DNA from: an uncultured delta proteobacterium
Lineage (GTDB): Bacteria > Desulfobacterota > Binatia > UBA9968
Direction of reading: 5' to 3'
Length of the DNA: 64,000 nt
NCBI GenBank assembly: GCA_963804165.1
Contig: CAWDPO010000045.1
Location: 160,001 to 224,000 of the forward strand
Position numbers and translations under genes: made by a program. A model generated the notes under the pieces. That model saw only the letters and a list, made by a program, of their open reading frames with translations, was not told where the DNA came from and made no database searches. Shown here piece by piece: positions 41,556 to 50,886 of this stretch. Position 1 is the stretch's first letter, and each line of letters opens with the position of its first letter.

Positions 41556-41585
41556 TTGACAACCTTCCGCGCCAAGACATAAGAT
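41556..41585 (+). promoter_or_regulatory. Sigma-70 promoter of the grdE/grdB-like operon
   Basis: TTGACA-N18-TAAGAT. Confidence 0.55.
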
Positions 41586-41639
41586 CCCACAGTCGCAGCG
41601 GTTGAATTGCCCGGCCTAGCCGAGCCAGAGGAAGAATCC

Positions 41640-42920
41640 ATGCAGCTCGCTTTGGCGAATCATCCGATCACGGATTTACAGTTCGGTTCTGCAATGCGCC
41701 TTGATGGAACCGTGTTGATTGTCGACGCTGCTGCGTTGCGCGATCTTGTTCTCGAGGACAATTCCATCGTCAGCGTCGACTTTGATATCGTCCGTCCCGG
41801 CGAAGCCTGCCGTGCCGGACCGATCTTCGATGTGATCGAACCACGCGCGAAAGCCCCTAGCTCCGGCTCTGATTTTCCTGGCATCTTGGGAGCACCAACA
41901 ACGGCTGGCCTGGGCACCACTCACGTCCTCAAAGGCGGCGCAGTATCCGTCTTAGCCGAAATTTCTCCCGACCTGACGCGCAGCGCTACCGGCCGGGTGT
42001 TGGAGATGAGCGGCGCGCCCGCAGAGGCCAGCGACTACGCTGCGCTCACGCATCTATTGGTGATTCCGCACACCAAGGTCGGCATGGCGCGCCAAGCAAT
42101 CGAAAAAGTTTATCGCGTAGCCGGCATTAAAGTCGCTGTCGCGCTCGCGCGGATTGCGCTGAATAATCCTCCCGCAACTGTGCAAACTTTTGAGCCCGTG
42201 AGCCCAGTGGATAAGACGCGAGAAGGTCAGCCGCGCGTCGCCTATGTCGGGCAAATTTTTTCGCGCCAGCGCAAACCGGCGGTGGACGAACCGATTCTCT
42301 ACGGCGCCAACACTGACGGCATGCTGCCGGTCATGCTCCATCCCGATGAGTGGCTCGACGGTGCCGTCGTGCCATCGCTTCATTCCTGGTTCGGCGGCAC
42401 GGAGACTTATTTCTATCAAAACCATCCGATCATTCTCGATCTCTACCGTCGCCATCACGCGCGCGAAATCAATTTAGTCGGCACGGTCGCGACCATCGCC
42501 GGCTCGGACAACTTCGACCGCGAGCGCCATTGCCGCGCCGCCGCCAATCTCGTCAAATGGAACTTGCAAGCCGACGGCGCGGTGCTGTCGAAATACGGCG
42601 GCGGTTTGCCCCACGCCGATCTCGCCGAAACCGCGCGTCTGCTCGAAAACATGGGGATACGAACAGCCGTTATGGTATCCGACGTCTCGCGAGACCGGCG
42701 CGTAGAGTCCGCGCTGCTGTTCAACGTTCCGGAAGTCGACGCCATCGTATACAACGGCGGCAACGGCACGCAATGGCAGGTACCACGGCTCGATCGGATC
42801 ATCGCCGCAACGGCGGAATTCACTGAATTGCTCGCCGGTCCGATGACGATCGACGCCGCCAACATCGTCGGCGTAACCAATCAGCAAGGTGCATCGAGAA
42901 TGAGGTCGATGGTTTATTGA
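41640..42920 (+). CDS. Glycine/sarcosine/betaine reductase component B alpha/beta-type subunit (GrdE/GrdI family)
   Basis: Motifs DVIEPRAK..FPG..GTTHVLKG, LPRV-like QPRVAYV, HPDEWLDGAV, TYFYQNHPII..LY, ADGAVLSK.GGG.P.AD and DAIV. Confidence 0.88.
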   Translation: MQLALANHPITDLQFGSAMRLDGTVLIVDAAALRDLVLEDNSIVSVDFDIVRPGEACRAGPIFDVIEPRAKAPSSGSDFPGILGAPTTAGLGTTHVLKGGAVSVLAEISPDLTRSATGRVLEMSGAPAEASDYAALTHLLVIPHTKVGMARQAIEKVYRVAGIKVAVALARIALNNPPATVQTFEPVSPVDKTREGQPRVAYVGQIFSRQRKPAVDEPILYGANTDGMLPVMLHPDEWLDGAVVPSLHSWFGGTETYFYQNHPIILDLYRRHHAREINLVGTVATIAGSDNFDRERHCRAAANLVKWNLQADGAVLSKYGGGLPHADLAETARLLENMGIRTAVMVSDVSRDRRVESALLFNVPEVDAIVYNGGNGTQWQVPRLDRIIAATAEFTELLAGPMTIDAANIVGVTNQQGASRMRSMVY

Positions 42921-42921
42921 G

Positions 42922-42980
42922 AAGGCGAAAGGCATGAGGCGTGAGTAAGGATTCCGACTCTCGCCTCTCGCCTCATGCCT
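42922..42980. repeat. Inverted array of 7-mer repeats between grdE-like and grdB-like genes
   Basis: AAGGCGA AAGGCAT GAGGCGT GAG ... CTC TCGCCTC TCGCCTC ATGCCT. Confidence 0.75.
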
Positions 42981-42997
42981 ACTCTGAGGAGTTCAAG

Positions 42998-44281
42998 ATG
43001 CAAGTCGCACACTATCTAAACCAGTTCTTCGGTGGTATCGGCGCCGAGGAACACGCCGGTAGACCTCTAGAAATTCGCGACGGCGCAGTCGGACCGGGAA
43101 AGTTGTTGGAGTCTTCCCTCGGCGACGACGCGCGCATCATACTGACTTTTGTTTGCGGCGATAATTACGCGGTCGAGCATGAAGCGGAGTTGACCGCTGC
43201 GATATTGGAAAAGCTACGCGAAACACGCGTAGACCTGTTTGTCGCCGGCCCATGTTTCGACGCCGGCCGCTACGGCATGGCGGCCGGCGCACTCTGCCGA
43301 GCAGTTCAAACTGAATTAGGCATTGTAGCCGTCACAGCTATGAGCGAAGAAAATCCCGGCGTCGATCTTTATCGCGACGCGCTCTATATCATCGACTCCG
43401 GAACAAACGTCACCAAACTGCGAGACGTTGTCGACAAGATGGCCACACTCGGTAAAAAACTCATCGCCCACGAACCCATCGGCCTACCCGCCAAGGAAGG
43501 ATATTTGCGCCGGGGATGGCTGCGCGATCAGCTCGTGGAGAAGAGGGCCGCGGTCCGATTGGTGGACATGCTCGTTGCAAAGATGAAAGGAGAGCGCTTT
43601 GAGTCGGAAATGCCGCCGACTGCTTTTGCACCAGTGCCGATCCCTGCGGCGGTGAAAGATTTATCGAAAGCGAAAGTCATGTTGATCACCGACGGCGGGT
43701 TAGTTCCGAAAGGCAATCCGGATAAAATCGAGGGAACCGCCGCGACTCGTTGGGGTTCCTATAACATTGAAGGCCGCGACGATCTGCGCGCGGAAGACTA
43801 CGAAGTTTCCCACGGCGGCTACGACACAAGGTTCGTTCAGGAAGACCCTGATCGCCTCGTCCCTCTCGATGCGATGCGCGAGATGGAAAAGAACGGCGTC
43901 ATCGGCAAATTGCACGATGAATTCATTTCCACTTGCGGCCGTTCCAACCCGCTCTCGAACACGCGCCGCCTCGGTCGCGAGATAGCGGAAAAGGCCAAAC
44001 GAGACGGCGTCGATGCGATCATTCTCACCTCGACGTGAGGAACCAGCACTCGCAGCGGCGCTGCGATCACAACTGAACTGGAGAAGGCCGGCATCCCGGT
44101 GGTGCAGATTACCGCCGCGAAGCCGATCGCGAAGATGGTGGGCTCCAATCGCGTCGTCCTCGGCACCGGGATCGTACATGTCACCGGCGACGCGAAACTG
44201 CCGCCCGCGGAGGAAAAAGAGTTGCGGAGAAAACTGGTGCAAAAGGCACTGGACGCGCTGCAATCGAATGAAAAGCAGTAA
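42998..44281 (+). CDS. grdB: Selenoprotein B of the glycine/betaine/sarcosine/D-proline reductase family (GrdB-like), Sec at UGA 44036-44038
   Basis: HYLNQFFGGIG.EE.A, CGDNY, AGRYG, TDGGLVPKGNPD, HGGYD and DPDRLVPLD, then ILTST-TGA-GTSTRSGA..ELEKAGIPVVQ continuing in frame to TAA 44281. Confidence 0.92.
44050..44066 (+). promoter_or_regulatory. Bacterial SECIS element
   Basis: 17-nt hairpin TCGCAGC-GGC-GCTGCGA beginning exactly 11 nt after the UGA, with G in the loop. Confidence 0.85.
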
Positions 44282-44304
44282 TTCCGGTCGCATCCATCAG
44301 TGCG

Positions 44305-44886
44305 CTAATGAGCTCCATCTTGTTTCAGCTCTGTTGCTGCAGGATTCTCGCGATCAAACTCCCACCGCGCAGGATTATCGAGAACATATTGCCGGATCTG
44401 ATTCAATGAATCAGGGTTACGAATAATATGTTCGTAATAGCTACGTTGCCACAGTTGGCTCCGAAATGATGGCCAACCGAACTCTTTCACCCCGCGAATA
44501 TATTCGTTTGTCGTCATCGTTTTAAACCATTGCACGATTGTCGGTAGGGGCGCACCTGTGTGTGCGCCCGTCGGGTGATTCAGAGGGCCGACATATAGGT
44601 CAGCCCCTACGGAGGCATCTGCAATTAAGATTATTCCGTGGAAATGATTTGGCATGACGACGAATTCGTCGGTCATGACCGCGGCGAATTTGTTTTTCAA
44701 TTCAAACCACCAAAATTTGACTGCTTCACCGGCACCACTCAACTGCATTGCGCCATTGATAATCTCGCCAAACAGACAACATCGACCCTGCGTTACGATG
44801 GTCACAAAATATGCACCGGGCGCTGCGTAGTCGTAAGCTTTCAACCTTAGGGACCGACGACGGCGCTGTAACCGTCCATCCTTCAT
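44305..44886 (-). mobile_element. REP-associated tyrosine transposase (RAYT, Y1 HUH family)
   Basis: Motifs RRSLRL..YDY..GAYFVTI, VVMPNHFHGI (HUH), LWQRSYYEHIIR and Y..DNP. Confidence 0.92.
44544..44610. repeat. Inverted GTAG REP pair embedded in frame inside the RAYT gene
   Basis: GTAGGGGCGCACCTGTGTGTGCGCCC ... GGGCCGACATATAGGTCAGCCCCTAC, translated as VGADLYVGP...GAHTGAPLP. Confidence 0.9.
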
Positions 44887-44909
44887 AAAACTCTCTCGAA
44901 CCCTGGGAC

Positions 44910-45419
44910 TCACAAAAACACGCTGATATTCTTCGCCGTCAAAACCGACTGATCCAAGATAATCGTCCGCTTGGCGATCTTGAAACCATTGTCCACGCGA
45001 CGCAAAACATCTTGACGCTCTCCGACGAACATATCCTGATCAGTCTCCAAGCGCGTGCGATAGACGATGAAGTTCAAATGAACCTCGATTTCGTTGCCGT
45101 CATCTTTCTTGATTCGAACGTTGGAAATCATATGCCGCGTGCGCGATGGCGGCAGTTCGGCCCACGCGTTTCGCGCGTAAACTCGCTCGACCCTGATCTT
45201 AAGGCTCTTCTTGTCGTCGTCGAAGTAGTAAGCTTCGCCGGGCTTCGACAGCTCCTCGCCGATATTTTCAGGCCGTTCGAGCGTGTTATGCCGGATCGGC
45301 ATCCAGTAACGGACATCGTCGGCAAGCAGGTCCAACCAGTCCCGCAGTTTTCGATCGTCTAACAGCTCGGCTTCGAGATAATAGAAATCTTCTATCCGAT
45401 GGCGTAGATGGCTATCCAT
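44910..45419 (-). CDS. Aromatic ring-hydroxylating dioxygenase beta subunit
   Basis: Motifs FYYLEAELLD, YWMP, WAELPPSRTRH, GERQDVLR and LDQSVL..N.SVF. Confidence 0.95.
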   Translation of the reverse strand: MDSHLRHRIEDFYYLEAELLDDRKLRDWLDLLADDVRYWMPIRHNTLERPENIGEELSKPGEAYYFDDDKKSLKIRVERVYARNAWAELPPSRTRHMISNVRIKKDDGNEIEVHLNFIVYRTRLETDQDMFVGERQDVLRRVDNGFKIAKRTIILDQSVLTAKNISVFL

Positions 45420-46695
45420 TTTGCGCGCTCAGGATTTCGCTCCAGTTTTTCGCCTGAAGCATTTTGGCCCAGTGCATGTACATGCTCAGTTGATTGTTAT
45501 CGCTAAAACGGTTTCTCACCCGCCCGCGTAGGTCGAGCTCTACTGGCGGTTCGTTGCCCGTCATCTGATAGTTGGCGGGATAACGCCGGCCTATCAAGCT
45601 CCTCGCCGCGCTGGTCACTTGAGCCCAATTGTCCATGTCATCCTGCTCGAACACGCCGGTGGGGCTGAAGCGGTATTGCGACACGAAGCGCATCCGTTCC
45701 TTAATCTCCGCGGACGCCGCTTTGTCGACGATCGCCCAGCTCCAGATTTCCATCTTGTCCGGCCCGCGCGGCTGCCAGACACGAATCGAGCGCGTGAGCC
45801 AGTGGACGGACAAATTGGGGAACACCGTACCCGCAGATGGCGTGATTTGCCGAGTGCGAATGCTTCCCAGTCGACGTTCGATCTCCGCAGCGTGTTGCTT
45901 CATGTAATCGATGATCTCGTCGTCGGGCTGCGCATACCACGGACCGCCATCCGGCGGCGAAATCCAGGCGTTCAATATATGGCCGTAGTCGCACGCGATT
46001 TGACAGCCCTTATTCCACTGGCGTGTTTGGCTCATCGTCGTATCGACGCCGAGCTCGCGCGCCGAACCATGCGTGGGAGTGATGTGATAGCCGTCGCCGC
46101 CGAAGTTCTCCGCCGCGGTTTTCCAGTTGGCGTCAAGCAGCCACCGGTGCGGCCCGCTCACTTCCGTGCCGCCCTCGCGACGGTCAAGAAGAATGTCGAG
46201 ATACCACGCCATGTCGCCCAAGTATTGGCGCAGGGTTGGCGCTTCGGCATCGAACGTCGCGAAAATCAATCCCTTATAACCGTCGATCTGCGCAACGGGA
46301 ATCAAACCCCACTTCTCGCGCTCGAGTCCCTTGAACGCGTCGACCATCGGCACGAGCGCGAGTTTACCGTCGCTCGTGTACGACCAGCCGTGGTAGGAGC
46401 AGGTAAAAAGCTTCGTATTGCCGCGGTCGGCGCGGCAAACCCGATTGCCGCGATGGCGGCATAAATTTAAGTGCGCGCGCAGTTTACCGTTCTGATCACG
46501 AGATAAAATAACCGGCTCCTCGCCCATATAACGAGTCACGAAGTCGCCGGGATGTGGAATCTCACACTCGTGGCCGAGATAGAGCCAGCAGCGCGCAAAC
46601 AAACGCTCGCGCTCCAGCTCATAAATTTCGCGGTCGGCGAAGATGCGCCGGTCGACGAGGCCGCCTTCGGGATCGATTAGAGCCTTTATATCCAT
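45412..46695 (-). CDS. Aromatic ring-hydroxylating Rieske dioxygenase alpha subunit
   Basis: Rieske motif CRHRG..CSYHGW; mononuclear Fe motifs NWK..ENF.GD.YH...TH and EQDDMDN. Confidence 0.95.
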   Translation of the reverse strand: MDIKALIDPEGGLVDRRIFADREIYELERERLFARCWLYLGHECEIPHPGDFVTRYMGEEPVILSRDQNGKLRAHLNLCRHRGNRVCRADRGNTKLFTCSYHGWSYTSDGKLALVPMVDAFKGLEREKWGLIPVAQIDGYKGLIFATFDAEAPTLRQYLGDMAWYLDILLDRREGGTEVSGPHRWLLDANWKTAAENFGGDGYHITPTHGSARELGVDTTMSQTRQWNKGCQIACDYGHILNAWISPPDGGPWYAQPDDEIIDYMKQHAAEIERRLGSIRTRQITPSAGTVFPNLSVHWLTRSIRVWQPRGPDKMEIWSWAIVDKAASAEIKERMRFVSQYRFSPTGVFEQDDMDNWAQVTSAARSLIGRRYPANYQMTGNEPPVELDLRGRVRNRFSDNNQLSMYMHWAKMLQAKNWSEILSAQNG

Positions 46696-46733
46696 TTCAC
46701 TCCTCTTTCGAGTCGTACAGCTTCTACTCGCTG

Positions 46734-46760
46734 ATTATAGCTCGCGCCGCAAGCTGTCAA
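46734..46760 (-). promoter_or_regulatory. Sigma-70-like promoter of the dioxygenase operon
   Basis: TTGACA-N15-TATAAT on the minus strand (consensus hexamers, short spacer). Confidence 0.45.
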
Positions 46761-46919
46761 GTAAGCCGTGGAGATCCTTAAACGGTGTCTTGAGACCGGC
46801 TCGAATCGGGTGTAAAAACTGATGTCTCTGGACGCACATGGAGTCTTGGGACAGGGATCTCGCGAACGCGTCGTTTGAGATCAACTTAAGCAAGATAAAT
46901 TATCGGAGGAACTCTGAGC

Positions 46920-47414
46920 ATGACTGCTGAGGCGGAATACGCAGCGGTGCCGATCAATATTGCCGTGAACGGGATCAAGTACGATGCCGTCGTCGAACCA
47001 CGGACACTTTTGGTTTATTTTTTACGCGAGCAATTGAATTTGACGGGCACCCATGTCGGCTGCGATACCAGCCAGTGCGGCGCCTGTACCGTACATTTGA
47101 ACGGTCGCGCCGTAAAGTCTTGCACTGTTCTCGCCGTGCAAGCCAACGGCGCCGAAGTAAAGACCGTCGAAGGTCTCGCTGATGGCGACAATTTTCATCC
47201 CGTGCAGGAAGGATTTCGCGAAAAGCACGGCCTGCAATGCGGTTACTGCACGCCGGGGATGATTATGACTGCGGTGCATCTGTTGGAAACCAATCCAAAC
47301 CCGAGCGATGACGAGATCAAACACGCTCTGGAAGGCAATCTCTGCCGCTGCACCGGTTACGTCAACATCGTCGAATCTATTAAATGGGCGGCCGAAAAGA
47401 TGAGGAAGGGATAA
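46920..47414 (+). CDS. CoxS/CutS-type 2Fe-2S subunit
   Basis: [18 protein letters not shown] and NLCRCTGY. Confidence 0.95.
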   Translation: MTAEAEYAAVPINIAVNGIKYDAVVEPRTLLVYFLREQLNLTGTHVGCDTSQCGACTVHLNGRAVKSCTVLAVQANGAEVKTVEGLADGDNFHPVQEGFREKHGLQCGYCTPGMIMTAVHLLETNPNPSDDEIKHALEGNLCRCTGYVNIVESIKWAAEKMRKG

Positions 47415-47502
47415 GCGATGGCAAGAATATTAGAGCTTAGAAATCTTCCGAACTCACGCCTCAAGCCGCGCGCGTCACGCTTACTTGGAAAAGGAGACAA
47501 AA

Positions 47503-48372
47503 ATGTTCCCCTCTAGTTTCGGCTACGTCGCGGCCCGCTCCGTCGAAGAAGCGCTCGAATTAGTGGTGAAGTACGGCGAAGACGGAAAGATTCTTGCCGG
47601 CGGACATAGTTTGATTCCGGCGATGAAGTTACGACTTCAGTCGCCGCAAATGTTAATCGATCTCGGCACCGTGCCGGGATTGCACGGCGTGCGCGTGGAT
47701 CGGGACCTTCTCGCCATCGGCGCGCTCACCGTCCACGCCGACGTCGCTTCGTCGGATCTCGTGCGCAAGCACGTGCCGGGATTGGCCGAAGCCGCTGCGG
47801 TCATCGGCGATGTGCAAGTGCGCAACCGCGGCACCATCGGCGGCAGCGTCGCTCACGCCGATCCGGCAGCCGATTTGCCGGTCATCCTGACAGCGCTCAA
47901 TGCCTCGTTCACAGTGCAATCGTTGTCCGGCAGCCGTTCCATCGCCGTCGATGACTTCTTCACTGACTTCTACACCACGGCCATGAATACCGATGAAATC
48001 CTCACGGAGATTCACGTGCCGATTCCAGCGACGGGAACCGGGAGTGCGTACGCAAAATTGCCGCATCCCGCTTCCGGTTACGTCGTCGTGAGTGCCGGCG
48101 CGTTGATCACGCGTCAAGCCTCCGGCACCTGCGCGGCGGTGCGCGTCGCCGTCGGTGGACTCGGTAGCGGCCCGATCCGCGCTATTGCTACCGAAATAGA
48201 GTTGCAGGGCAAACCACTTACGCCGCAGATCATCGCTTCCTCCGCAGCCAAAGCGGCGGAAGAAACCGACCCTATGGAAGATTCCTACGCCGGTGCAGAA
48301 TACAAGTGTCACGTGGCGACCGTATACGCGCGCAGGGCCATCGAAGCGGCGGTGGAAAGAGCAAAAAGCTAA
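47503..48372 (+). CDS. CoxM/CutM-type FAD subunit
   Basis: LAGGHSLIP and QVRNRGTIGGS.AH.DPAAD. Confidence 0.95.
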   Translation: MFPSSFGYVAARSVEEALELVVKYGEDGKILAGGHSLIPAMKLRLQSPQMLIDLGTVPGLHGVRVDRDLLAIGALTVHADVASSDLVRKHVPGLAEAAAVIGDVQVRNRGTIGGSVAHADPAADLPVILTALNASFTVQSLSGSRSIAVDDFFTDFYTTAMNTDEILTEIHVPIPATGTGSAYAKLPHPASGYVVVSAGALITRQASGTCAAVRVAVGGLGSGPIRAIATEIELQGKPLTPQIIASSAAKAAEETDPMEDSYAGAEYKCHVATVYARRAIEAAVERAKS

Positions 48373-48375
48373 AAC

Positions 48376-48467
48376 CGTGCTCGTGATCGAGACGCGTGTT
48401 CGGAGAACGAACCAAGAAGTCGGCTGTTGATTCCGCTACACGAGCACGAGCCACGAACACGATTACG
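48376..48467. repeat. Inverted array of 6-mer repeats
   Basis: CGTGCT CGTGAT CGAGAC.. followed by CACGAG CACGAG CCACGAA CACGAT TACG. Confidence 0.65.
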
Positions 48468-48484
48468 TTTCTAAGAGGTAAACG

Positions 48485-50800
48485 ATGACAACCGAACACG
48501 AACCAAATGGGCTTATCGGCGCATCGCTCAAACGTATCGAAGATCCGCCGCTGATCACCGGCAAAGGCTGCTACGTCGACGATATCAATTTGCCCGGCCT
48601 GCTGCATTTAGCGTTTCAGCGCAGCCCCTATCCACACGCCAAAATCCTTTCTACCGATATCGGCAAAGCCAAAGCGATGCCCGGCGTCGAGGCAGTAATA
48701 ACGGGCAATGACATCAGCGAAAAGCTAAATCTGTCGTCGTCGCAGGTGCTGCCGAACATGAAGATCCCGCCGCATCCGGTGCTGGCGCGCGGCGCGGTGC
48801 ACTGTGTCGGCGTTCCGGTCGCTGCGGTGGTAGCAAAGTCGCGGGCACAGGCCGAGGATGCAGCCAACGCCATCGACGTGGAATATGAAGCGCTGCCCGG
48901 AGTATCGAATGCGGAGGCGGCGCTTGAGCCGGGTGCGCCGCTCGCGCGCGAAGAAATCGACAGCAACATCTGTTACACGCGGGTCAAGAACGGCGGCGAC
49001 GTCGATAAGGCGTTCGCCATGGCGGATCATATTTTCACGATGCACATCGCCAGCCCGCGGCAAGTCGCGTTGGCGATGGAACCACGCGGTGTCGTCGCCA
49101 GTCCGGACCCGTTTGGTAAGAATCTGACCGTATGGCTTTCCACCCAGGGGCCGCACCGCGCGCGTGCCGAGATCGCCAATGTGCTGAGTTTTCCCGAGCA
49201 TAAAATTCATCTGATTGCCCCCGACGTCGGCGGCGGGTTCGGCAGCAAGGGACCGGTTTACCGGGAAGATATCGTGGCCTGCCATCTCGCGCTCAAATTG
49301 CGCAAGCCGATCAAGTGGGTCGCCACCCGCAGCGAAGATTTTATCACCACGATTCAAGGCCGCGATCAGGCGATGACCTCGGAGATGGCGCTTAGCAAAG
49401 ACGGCAAGATTCTCGGCTTGAAAGTCAAAGTCATCGCCAACCTCGGCGCTTACCTCCATTCGAGCACGGCCGGACCGCCGCAGCGCATGCTCGGCATGGC
49501 CTGCGGCAGTTACCAGATCAAAGACTGCCGTGTGGAAATCGCCGCGGTCTTCACCAACACGTGTCCCACCGGTCCCTATCGCGGCGCCGGGCGGCCGGAA
49601 TCGGTGTTGAACATCGAGCGGCTGCTCGATAAAGCCGCCGGGGTTCTGGGCATGGACCGCCTGGAAATACGCCGGAAAAATTTCATTCAACCCGAGCAAT
49701 TTCCCTACACCACCGGCACCGGCGTCGAGTATGATTCCGGCGATTATGAAAAGCCGCTGCGCGAAGCGCTCAAGCTGTCCAACTACGACGATCTGCTGCG
49801 CCAACGCGACGAACGGCGAAAACACGGCGAGTTGGTGGGGGTCGGCTTTTCGACGTTCGTCGAGCCGAGCGGCGGCGCCGGCTTTGAAAGCGGCACGGTG
49901 CGCGTCGAGCGCACCGGCGAGATCACCGTGCTCACCGGCTCGAGCTCCCACGGCCAAGGGCATGAAACTTCGTGGGCGCAAATCGCCGCCGAGTTGATGA
50001 AGACGTCGATGGACCATGTGACTGTCCTCCACGGCGATACCCACGTGAGCCAGCAAGGCACCGGCACTTTCGGCAGCCGCAGCGCGGTTGTCGGCGGCGG
50101 CGCTCTCGCGACGGCGGCGCAGCGGGTGGTTGAAAAGGGCAAGCGCATTGCCGCCCACCTGGTAGAAGCCGCGCCGGAAGATATGATCCAAAGCGATGGC
50201 GGTTTCGCCGTCAAGGGCGTCCCCGACAAAAGGATCAGTTGGCGCCAGGTCGCAGCCGCTGCCTACAGCGGTAGAGTTCCGAAAGGCATGGAGATCGGCC
50301 TTCAGGAGACAGCTTTTTTCGATCCCAAGCGCGAAGCCTGGGGATTTGGCACACACGTCGCTCTCGGCAGCGTCGACCGCGACACCGGGCAGTTCACAAT
50401 CGAAAGACTCGTGCTTGTCGATGACTGCGGTGTCGTGATTAATCCGATGATCGTCGACGGCCAGATTCACGGCGGGGTCGCTCAGGGACTTGGTGAAGCG
50501 ATGCGCGAGCAAATGCTCTACGGTGACGACGGCCAGGTGCAAACCGGCACTTTTATGAATTACGCGATTATGCGCGCCGCCGACATGCCGCCGATGATTC
50601 TGGGCGAGACAATCACACCCAATCCGTTCAATCCGTTGGGCGTCAAGGGCGTCGGCGAATGCGGCACCAACGGCGCTCCACCTTCGGTGGCAAATGCGCT
50701 GATGGATGCACTCGCGCCGCTCGGCATCGAGCATGTCGATATGCCGTATACCGCGCCCAAATTATGGGCACTGATTCGCAATTCCGAGAGAAAGAATTAG
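48485..50800 (+). CDS. Xanthine dehydrogenase family molybdopterin subunit (CoxL form II-like, not form I CODH)
   Basis: Motifs STQ, VGGGFGSK, PYRGAGRP, HGQG.ET, TFGSRS, GQIHGG and KGVGE. Confidence 0.93.
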   Translation: MTTEHEPNGLIGASLKRIEDPPLITGKGCYVDDINLPGLLHLAFQRSPYPHAKILSTDIGKAKAMPGVEAVITGNDISEKLNLSSSQVLPNMKIPPHPVLARGAVHCVGVPVAAVVAKSRAQAEDAANAIDVEYEALPGVSNAEAALEPGAPLAREEIDSNICYTRVKNGGDVDKAFAMADHIFTMHIASPRQVALAMEPRGVVASPDPFGKNLTVWLSTQGPHRARAEIANVLSFPEHKIHLIAPDVGGGFGSKGPVYREDIVACHLALKLRKPIKWVATRSEDFITTIQGRDQAMTSEMALSKDGKILGLKVKVIANLGAYLHSSTAGPPQRMLGMACGSYQIKDCRVEIAAVFTNTCPTGPYRGAGRPESVLNIERLLDKAAGVLGMDRLEIRRKNFIQPEQFPYTTGTGVEYDSGDYEKPLREALKLSNYDDLLRQRDERRKHGELVGVGFSTFVEPSGGAGFESGTVRVERTGEITVLTGSSSHGQGHETSWAQIAAELMKTSMDHVTVLHGDTHVSQQGTGTFGSRSAVVGGGALATAAQRVVEKGKRIAAHLVEAAPEDMIQSDGGFAVKGVPDKRISWRQVAAAAYSGRVPKGMEIGLQETAFFDPKREAWGFGTHVALGSVDRDTGQFTIERLVLVDDCGVVINPMIVDGQIHGGVAQGLGEAMREQMLYGDDGQVQTGTFMNYAIMRAADMPPMILGETITPNPFNPLGVKGVGECGTNGAPPSVANALMDALAPLGIEHVDMPYTAPKLWALIRNSERKN

Positions 50801-50844
50801 ACTACGGGCTAAGCAAACGGTACAGACGGTAAATAACACCAGAC

Positions 50845-50886
50845 GAACAAAAAAGGACTGCGGTAAACCGCAGTCCTTTTTTGTTC
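50845..50886. terminator. Bidirectional intrinsic terminator
   Basis: 19-bp perfect stem GAACAAAAAAGGACTGCGG-TAAA-CCGCAGTCCTTTTTTGTTC between convergent genes. Confidence 0.93.

Noticed and set aside
48725-50734. 669-aa antisense ORF
   Set aside because: Shadow of the CoxL-like gene
48485-50800. Aerobic CO dehydrogenase coxL
   Set aside because: The active-site loop is PYRGAGR, not AYXCSFR, and no coxDEFG accessory genes are present
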